From Amphiscolops sp. MND2022 (Eukaryota), in assembly GCA_964187785.1 (NCBI GenBank), contig OZ076409.1, forward strand, positions 63,800,001 to 63,864,000: a stretch of DNA of 64,000 nt. Direction: 5' to 3'. The position numbers were made by a program, and so were the translations under genes. Shown piece after piece: positions 13,375 to 22,400 of this stretch. Position 1 is the stretch's first letter. Each line of letters opens with the position of its first letter. Below the pieces are notes generated by a model. It saw only the letters and a list, made by a program, of their open reading frames with translations. It made no database searches and had not been told where the DNA came from.

Positions 13375-13810
13375 AGCGAAAGTAGAGGAAACGAACACCA
13401 AGGGGTTTTCACAGGCACCAAAGCCACTCAATCAGTTAAAAGACAGACGAAATAGAACCCTGAAGCATCAGTAGTCTATCATGGCATTAGAAACCCAGAG
13501 AAAATTAGCGACTCAGTTCAAATCAAAGCACAGATATCCAAATGTTTTAAACAAACGAAAATTAAATCTATCATGCACAGACCCAGTGGACATGTCCACT
13601 GGGTCTGTGCATGATAGATTTAATTTTCGTTTGTTTAAAACATTTGGATATCTGTGCTTTGATTTGAACTGAGTCGCTAATTTTCTCTGGGTTTCTAATG
13701 CCATGATAGACTACTGATGCTTCAGGGTTCTATTTCGTCTGTCTTTTAACTGATTGAGTGGCTTTGGTGCCTGTGAAAACCCCTTGGTGTTCGTTTCCTC
13801 TACTTTCGCT
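13375..13810. repeat. Perfect spacer-less palindrome, 436 bp
   Basis: Centre GGACA|TGTCC at 13592/13593. Identical 63-aa ORFs are called on both strands. Confidence 0.95.
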
Positions 13811-14362
13811 GCTACTTCTTGGATAATTGTCTGTATGTGGTCGATTCTTGGTCCGATTGTTAAAGTTATTCCTTGAAGATGTGTAACTAATTTGTTTAGG
13901 TCCACTTGTTCGAAGGCTTTCATGTTTTCAATCCGTTTTGCTGATGTCTCATGTAGCTGTTTTCTGTAGTTACTTGGTTCTTCGTGCCTTCTAAGATTCT
14001 GGAAACGATTCGCATCACATGTGCGTCACATGCCTTTCAGAACCAGCGGAGTGCTTCAACTTTTTTGATTGCATCATGGGTTTATAATTATTCCCAAACA
14101 TTTGATATGAAACCAGTCCACGCATGCTTGACAAGCTAGTCCCAGTTCGTTTTCGGCGGCTAATAGCTGGCATTGTTGGCAATTGTCGGATTCTCCTATC
14201 TCTGAATACGAAGAATCTGGAAGCTTGGTGATTATAACAAACAACTTGTTGTAATCGCTTCCCCACAAGGGTGTTACATTTGAAACAATAGAAATAAAGC
14301 GTGAACTTTGTGGCGATAATTGTTCGGTAACGTTATGAATAGGATTGAGCAGTCAAATACAC

Positions 14363-14833
14363 GGAGTCGTTCCATTATTCCGAAGCACCATTATTCCGAA
14401 AATAAATTTACGTTCCATTATTCCGAAAATAAATATTGAGTTCCAAAATTCCGAAAAGGTTTACACGCAGTAAATACTGCGCGTCATAGTCACGCGATAA
14501 AATTTCATTCAATGAACCAATCACATTCCAATAAAATGAATACAGCACAAGCGGTGAACTAATTACGATAATGTAATCAGCTATGCTCACATACCCCTAG
14601 TGCCCTAAATGCAGGAGCGAAGCAAAGCGGAGCGACGTGCCATATGGCCATGCCTCAATGTTGCTACTTGGCGAAGGGAGCGAAGCGACCGAGCCATACA
14701 ACAAATATGCTAACCTCTTCAAATAACTTTTCGGAATGATGGAACGGTAAATTTATTTTCGGAATAATGGAACGGTAAATTTATTTTCGGAATAATGGAA
14801 CTGTAAATTATTTTCGGAATAATGAATAGCAAT
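14363..14833. mobile_element. Mutator/Foldback-like MITE with subrepeat TIRs
   Basis: 9-bp TSD CAAATACAC (14354-14362, 14834-14842). Left arm has ccattattccgaa repeats, right arm has ttcggaataatgg repeats. Confidence 0.75.
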
Positions 14834-14927
14834 CAAATACACCAATGCAGTTTATTAGAGCATTCAACGTTCGAAAAACGCACGTTTCAGTTTTCGAACG
14901 TTTGAATCATTTAGGTCTCTTAATAGG

Positions 14928-15033
14928 ATTCCCAGTAGAAAACAAAATCGGAAACAGAACGGATCCATTAAGTTAGTAGCGCTACTAACTTAATGGATCC
15001 GTTCTGTTTCCGATTTTGTTTTCTACTGGGAAT
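14928..15033. repeat. Perfect spacer-less palindrome, 106 bp
   Basis: Centre GTAGC|GCTAC at 14980/14981. Confidence 0.95.
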
Positions 15034-15178
15034 TTTAGACAATATTCCTTTAGACGTTATTCCCGTCACACTTTTAGACGCTACTCTTTCGACGTTATTC
15101 GCGCGCGCGAATAACGTCGAAAGAGTAGCGTCTAAAAGTGTGACGGGAATAACGTCTAAAGGAATATTGTCTAAAATT
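15031..15178. repeat. Perfect spacer-less palindrome, 148 bp
   Basis: Centre TTCGCGC|GCGCGAA at 15104/15105. Abuts the previous palindrome with a 3-nt overlap. Confidence 0.95.
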
Positions 15179-15727
15179 TCGGTTTTACCATAGGGAATGA
15201 GAATGACTCGGGTTTAGACGTTATTCCAGTTTTGCATTTAGACGTTATTCGTTATAATATACACGTTCTTCCCGCTCCCCTTTGAGGTGAGTCCATTGTA
15301 ATAGGGAACTGATTACTTTCTGCTATAACCAAAGAATTGTTGATTTCAAATTTTAGCATTCGTGACATTCGTGAAAGCCCAGACGCTTGAAAAGTAAACG
15401 TTCTTTTTGTGAGTTTTCATCCCACTATGATCTAAGACACGCCTGCAGATACTTGAAAATTTATATATGAAAAATTCGAATGAGTTGAAACTGTTTGGCA
15501 CCGACGAGTCATCAGTTTAACATGGATGGTCATGATTTCTGAATTTTGATCAATTTGTCACCAATTGCTGGTTTTTTACAGCACTTTTTTTATTAAGTTT
15601 TGGTTAGTTTTGTATCCTGGTGCTAAGCGACTTTTTCACAGGTTTTTTAGAGAGTTTCTAAACTTTTAATAATTTATTTATTGAATACCCGGATACGAAG
15701 TTGTCACTTAATCACCTGTGAAACAAA

Positions 15728-16456
15728 ATGGGTCCTCAGGATGAACAGTACACTCCTAATCAACCCGTGACTGAAATCAACAAACATTCTCACTCACTCT
15801 CCGGAATGGCGGTTAATACAACAACTGTCAATAACTTGAATGAGCCATCCGTCGAAACTTTGCATCAAGTTGAGGAGTTGGCCCCACCGAAAGCTTTGTT
15901 GGAACCCGAATTTACTATTAACGGAGATAATGGAATTCCTCATCAGCAACAACAACCTGCTCACCAGCAACCGCAAATGATGCAAAAGCCGATTTTCGAT
16001 ATGCCTGAACAACAGAATATTCCGCAATTTCAACAGCTATTTCCTGCTGATTTCAATTTACCTGGCCTGTCAGCTGGCTTGAATAATGCCCCCACGATTG
16101 GAGGCCAACCACCCTACTGGTCAAATTCAGCTCCTCAACATTCAGCCCCCACTGAAGACTTCTTTGGCTATGGTCCGCCATCGGTGAATGGAAACTTTTC
16201 GTTCCCTCCCAATATTGCTCCACCTGCACAAGCATTGAATACAGTTTTGAATCAGAATTTCATGAATTTTCCTCATTTGGCACTGAATGCCCACAACCGC
16301 CGATCACCTGTATATAATCCAACTTTTCCTGGCCCTCGACACACTCCAAATTTGTATCCCTTGAAGAACTTTGGACAGCCCAATGGATGGACAAATAATT
16401 CACAGACTCCCTGGAATGCAATTACATCTTCACCTTGGAACCAATTACCGAAACGA
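15728..16456 (+). CDS. CPEB coding exon 1 (low-complexity Q/N/P-rich N-terminus)
   Basis: 243 codons from ATG 15728 to donor CGA|GTGAGT at 16457, phase 0. The start codon is inferred. Confidence 0.85.
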
Positions 16457-19400
16457 GTGAGTTAATTTTCAAGGGTACGTGCCATTTTTTCTATGTGAAA
16501 TTCTAATGATTTTGTTTTCCCAGGATGCAAGAAACGCTCCTTTTGATTCCATGAGATTCCCGCAATTGGAGAGCAGTCTGTTGGACATCATGAGATCTGA
16601 GCTACCAGATCAAATGCGTCAACGTAAGTTTTCATGCGTGGAATAGTCATTAGGATGTCGAAGTTGGTGAAAAAATATATACGTGTTTTTGCAGCTCGAC
16701 CTATGTCTAAAAGAAGAGGTTATGTTCTTGGCTGTATATGGGCCACTAACACTAAATAATGATTGTGCAATTGATCCGTAATGTTTTCTTGACGATATTT
16801 GGGACATACCCTAAATTGACTAATACTTATTGTTTCTTTCAACTCCGTAGAAATACAATTTCTTTGAGCTAGTTGCTTCTATTGAAATGGTTTAACTTTC
16901 AACTGGATTTGGTATCATAGGACGTAATCCTTTCTTCGCGCAAGTTGAAGACTTCGATGATCATGGACAAGGAACTGGGGGTGGTCATTTCAATCCCAAT
17001 GATCCGATGATGGCAACTAATTTGAGCAACTTGAATGCAGTTGCCCGGGCTAACCAATACCCGGAACGATTCTCAAGAAAGGTTTTCGTTGGTGGGCTTC
17101 CTCCAGACATTGACGAAGGTTAATAAATGAATAGAATCAGCTGATTTGGTCTTCTGACATTAACACTAACACCCAAAATGAATACTTTGCATTGCTGAAA
17201 ATTGCTTATTACAGAGGAGATTACTCAAACATTCAGACGATTTGGACCTTTGGTTGTGGACTGGCCTCACAAGGCGGAGAGCAAGAGTTATTTCCCCCCA
17301 AAGGGTATGCTTGTTACAAAAAAAGTTGCACAATCATCAGATTCATGACATTAAATTCTTTTTGTTAAAAAAACAGGATACGCCTTTTTGCTGTTCCAAG
17401 AAGAAGCCAGTGTCCAGGCATTGATTGACCAGTCGATGAAAGATGATGGAAAATTGTACATCTGCGTGTCATCTCCGACAATCAAAGACAAAGCTGTTAG
17501 ACTTTTACAAAGTGTCTTCATTTGTAAATGGAGAGCAACAAAGTTTGCATCATAATTTTTTCCAGGTTCAAATTCGACCTTGGAATCTTGCTGATAGTGA
17601 TTATGTCATGGACGGAGGCCAACCTTTGGACCCTAGAAAAACTATCTTCGTTGGCGGTGTACCCCGTCCACTCAAAGCTCGTAAGCACTTAGTTATTACT
17701 TAGTTTAACTCGTTTCAAATTCATAACTTGATTTTCCTTTGCAGAGGAATTGGCTCGCATCATGGACAGATTGTATGGGGGTGTTTGCTACGCTGGCATT
17801 GATACTGACCCTGAGTTGAAGTACCCCAAAGGTGCTGGACGAGTGGCCTTTTCGAACCAGCAAAGCTACATTGCCGCAATTAGCGCTCGTTTCGTCCAAC
17901 TGCAGCACGGAGACATTGACAAACGGGTTTGTATCTCCAGTTCTCAAACACTTTCTGAGAAGTTTTTTTAGCAATGCTGCTTACGATCATCATATTAAGT
18001 CATATTTGATTTCAATTGAAGCTTTTTGCCCATGGCGTTGTTTCACGATTTTGTTCTCTGGTTCGAGAGTAAAAATGAACATACAATGTATAAATGTTAG
18101 TTAAATGTGTAACAAAACATTTTTCTTAACTTAAATACTGCAAAAAGAAGGACCTGCTTTTGGCTATTTTCCTGAACCCACGAAAAGTTATCTGATTGTG
18201 GACGAAGGTTATATCTCTCAAGCAAAAACCCTATTTGAGGCTCTAGGAGTGAATGTAGTTTCGGCCCACCGTTACCTCGGCTCCTTCATAGGATCAAAAG
18301 AACAAAAATCTGACTACCTGAGAGCTAAAGCTGATGAATGGTCACAGAGTATTCAGAAAATAGCAGAAGCAGCTGAAAGTTACCCACATGAATCTTTGAG
18401 CGCGTTCACAAGATGTCTGTAGAATGAATGGGGATTCTTTTCTAGAGTTCTTCCTGACTGTCAAGATTGGCTATGGAAAGTGGAAGAGTCGATAACACAA
18501 AACTTCATACCAAAACTTCTTAATTGTGATATATCAGTAGATGAACGTAATTTATTTTCGCTCCCAGTCCGCAACGCTGGTCTTGGCATAAACAACCCAA
18601 TAATAGAAGCCCCATATTCCTTGGGAACATCGAAACTAGCAACATCCCACATTCAGAATGCGATTCGGGGAAATTGCACGTTTAATAAACTGAAACATGG
18701 CTTCACCGTCAGAGAGGCCAGAAAACTGCATAGTGAGACAGTTAAAGTCAGAAACACCAGCATCTTAAATCAAATACTCGAAACAAGCAGCGAAAGAAAA
18801 GTGAAGGCTCTGAAAAGGTCAGCCGAGAATAAAAACTGCCTGGTTAACCGCTAAAATTTCGTCAAAAGACCACTTTTCACTCTCAGCGCAAGAATTTCGT
18901 GACGCAGTCTGCTTGCGTTATTCGAAGCCAATAAGTATGCTTCCAGGAATTTGCGACGGTTGCAGAGGCGAATTCTCAATTCAGCATGCGCTGGCATGCA
19001 AAAAAGAGGGTCTTATCACATTACGCCATAATGAAATTCGGGATGCTGTTGGTGATCTAGCTTCACTTTACTGGAAGCACATCAGAAGGGAACCGATGAT
19101 ACGCGAAGGTGTTCCAAATAACCAAACAACTGCTCTGTATGCAGATCTTCTGATAAGAGGAGTGTGGAACCCACAAGAGTCAGCGGCGTTTGATGTACGT
19201 GTCACCGACACTGACGCTGAATCTTATTCGGAAAGAAGCACAGAATCTATACTGAGAAGTGCAGAACGAGAAGAAACAGAATTACAAAGATGCCTGTCAA
19301 CAACGTCTTATATCCTTTACCCCACTTGTCATATCAGTAGATGGTGTACTCGGTGCGGAATCAGTTTCTGAAACGTCTGGGCGAAGGACTCAGCTTAAAA

Positions 19401-22400
19401 TGGGAGCGAAAATACTCTCAAGTTATGTCTTGGATACGAGCCAGGATCTCATTCGCGACACTCAGGGCGACAAGCGTTTGTCTCCGTGCTACAAGAACAA
19501 AATGGAGATGGCTGGGAATTGATGATGGTGCATCCTTTGCACGAAAGAATTGATCTTTATTTTAGACAAGTTGTCTTACATAACAGATGCAAAATCATTG
19601 ATTGTGGATCCATTCCCGTCTTATGCGAATTTCTAGATTGTCACTGACTTTGACCCTAGTGCCATTTCATTCTTTGACATGTAAACTCTATGTTTCGTTA
19701 TTGTAGTGCACCTTTGTTTTTGTACTCAAGTCTTGAGCTTTGTCAATTAATAATTGATGATTTAAAAAAAATTCTTGACTTAACTGCCCATAAAAACAGG
19801 CACTTCCAACTCGATTGTGAATTGGGACTACTATCTAAATCCAAGCATTATGTTATAAATTCTGAGCATGCATTTCGTAGCGAAATCACGCGAAGCAATG
19901 CCTTAGAGTTCTTGCTTTTGTAGAAGTATTTCAGCTATGCAATGTAATAGCTACATGCAATGGTTATGCAATTTTTCGCTACACTTGTAAAGGTGCTCCT
20001 TGGCGCATCATTTTGTTCGACTATCAATCCACTTCAATCAAATGGTATTTGTTTGGACTGCAGTCAAAAGTCATGTCAAGGCTATCCCTTGAGATCTGGA
20101 AAAGAACAAGATGTTGTTCCGACGCTATCAGCTACATTAGAACAAGCCTTGAATGGCTTTAGTCGGCGCTCCGTTTGAGGCTCAAAAAGAACAAAAGTAC
20201 TTCAAATTGTAAAAGGTTCTCTTTTGAATAAATTCTCAATTTTACAGTGCCGAAAAATCCCAAAGAGGGGAACCAACCCTTGGGGCTTAAAAGAGCCTTT
20301 TTGTTTATTCTATGCTTCTTTTCCCGCCAAAAACCATAAAACCCAAGCGAGAACCCTTTTGTGAAATGAAAATTTTCCAAAAATTTACAGTTGTCGAAAA
20401 TACCCAAAGGGTGACAGTTTGAGCTTGAAAACGCCTTTTCCTATCCACAAATATCAAAAAACCAAAGGGGAACACTTTCGAAAAATTGATTTTTTTGGAA
20501 GGAAAGTATCGCACAGTTCCGAAAATAACCTATTAGGTTTATAAAAGAACTATTTAATCCGAATAAGTATGTGAAAATAGGAACTGGGACACCCTTCCAA
20601 CTAATTTGCCGATTTGTAAACTTTCGGATTTTGGCATTCGGCATTCGACCGGATTGGAAAAAAGACGACAATCGAAAAGTCACTAATAAAGTCGCATTAT
20701 ATTGCATGAAACGCCGACTAAAAACCAGCTTCGCTTCAATCCGAAGCTCTGTTGCGCCTCAGATGGTGCCGAAACACACATCGTTAGTATGGACAGCTAC
20801 CGTGATCGTGATTTACGACCAGGGTTGACTGTTTTAAAACAGGCCAATAAGAAACGTTTTAAAACATCAATAAAAACGTTATAAAACATTTTTGTTTTTA
20901 TATTTTTGTCCATTCGTTTAGGTGCCAATTATTGGGAACCATCTTGCAATGGAAATTAAATGTGATATGAAATTCATGCAGATAAAATACTCTGAAATAT
21001 ACTGAAATTCAGATAATACTCAAAAACGATTTCCTTTTTTTAGCGTGAAAAAGCTGGAAAACTGGCTTTTTTGTATCGCCAATACAACAAAAAATCTAAA
21101 ACATTTGTGTTGTGATTTGTTCAATTGAATTGAGCTCTTGAAACAAATTCGTTTTTTGCTCGACGGATAAATACAAAAAAAACATAAAAAACATGTTTTA
21201 TACTATAAAAAACTGTTTGATAAATATGATAAAAAAACTTTTTTCCCCACCCTGGTTACGACAAACCAATACTCATGTTTATCTTGAGCAGTCCTTTATG
21301 ATCATCTTTACCCGCAAGTTGGTGTTTCATTGTATAAAGTAATCCTCTATTTGCTGAAGTTTATTCCAATTTATTTTTATGAAACCGTTAATTACAGTGC
21401 AAGAAGGCTCTACATCTTGCAGTGTGATGAAACCACACCAAACCTCATTTTTATTATTTCTACGATAGCAGGAATATTATTGAAACCTCAAGATTTCCAC
21501 TTTTTTCAATAAAGTTTCTGTCGTGATACTGAAAAATTCAGATATCTTGCTCGGCAGTGAGTATAAGCGTGAGATTTAAATTTCTCAAGCTGCCGACTAT
21601 TCGTTTCTCGTGCGATGGAACGAGCGAGTGGTATTTATGCTTTCGTACGCCGAGTTATTGAGATGAAGCAAACGAGTGTTAATTATTCGTACGCCGAGTT
21701 CATGAAATGAAGCGAATGAGTGTTAATAATTCGTTCACCGAGAGCTCCGTTTGAGGCTCAAAAAGAACAAAAGTACTTCAAATTGTAAAAGGTTCTCTTT
21801 TGAATAAATTCTCAATTTTACAGTGCCGAAAAATCCCAAAGAGGGGAACCAACCCTTGGGGCTTAAAAGAGCCTTTTTGTTTATTCTATGCTTCTTTTCC
21901 CGCCAAAAACCATAAAACCCAAGCGAGAACCCTTTTGTGAAATGAAAATTTTCCAAAAATTTACAGTTGTCGAAAATACCCAAAGGGTGACAGTTTGAGC
22001 TTGAAAACGCCTTTTCCTATCCACAAATATCAAAAAACCAAAGGGGAACACTTTCGAAAAATTGATTTTTTTGGAAAGTATCGCACAGTTCCGAAAATAA
22101 CCTATTAGGTTTATAAAAGAACTATTTAATCCGAATAAGTATGTGAAAATAGGAACTGGGACACCCTTCCAACTAATTTGCCGATTTGTAAACTTTCGGA
22201 TTTTGGCATTCGGCATTCGACCGGATTGGAAAAAAGACAACAATCGAAAAGTCACTAATAAAGTCGCATTATATTGCATGAAACGCCGACTAAAAACCAG
22301 CTTCGCTTCAATCCGAAGCTCTGTTGCGCCTCAGATGGTGCCGAAACACACATCGTTAGTATGGACAGCTACCGTGATCGTGATTTACGACCAGGGTTGA

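Larger units (their letters stand above)
9640..14290 (-). mobile_element. Decayed APE-type non-LTR retrotransposon (ORF1 with PHD and CCHC knuckles; ORF2 APE plus N-terminal RT), interrupted
   Basis: ORF1: PHD-like CQQC...CQACVDWFHIKC (~14100-14190) and knuckles IIQCxKCFKFGLIATLC, CSRC..H...C, CCNCGQNH....C (~12800-12980). ORF2: MFTVNIN..DVAVLS (~12690), GTYYIPQ (~10830), KSADPDNIHPSTLK and NYIPITLTSYIGK (~9765-9980). Many stops; ends approximate. Confidence 0.78.

Noticed and set aside
13481..13704. Identical 63-aa ORFs on both strands
   Set aside because: By-product of the perfect palindrome, not genes.
14370..14830. CRISPR-like repeat array
   Set aside because: Eukaryotic context, no unique spacers, and the repeats are inverted between arms with a 9-bp TSD, so it is a MITE.
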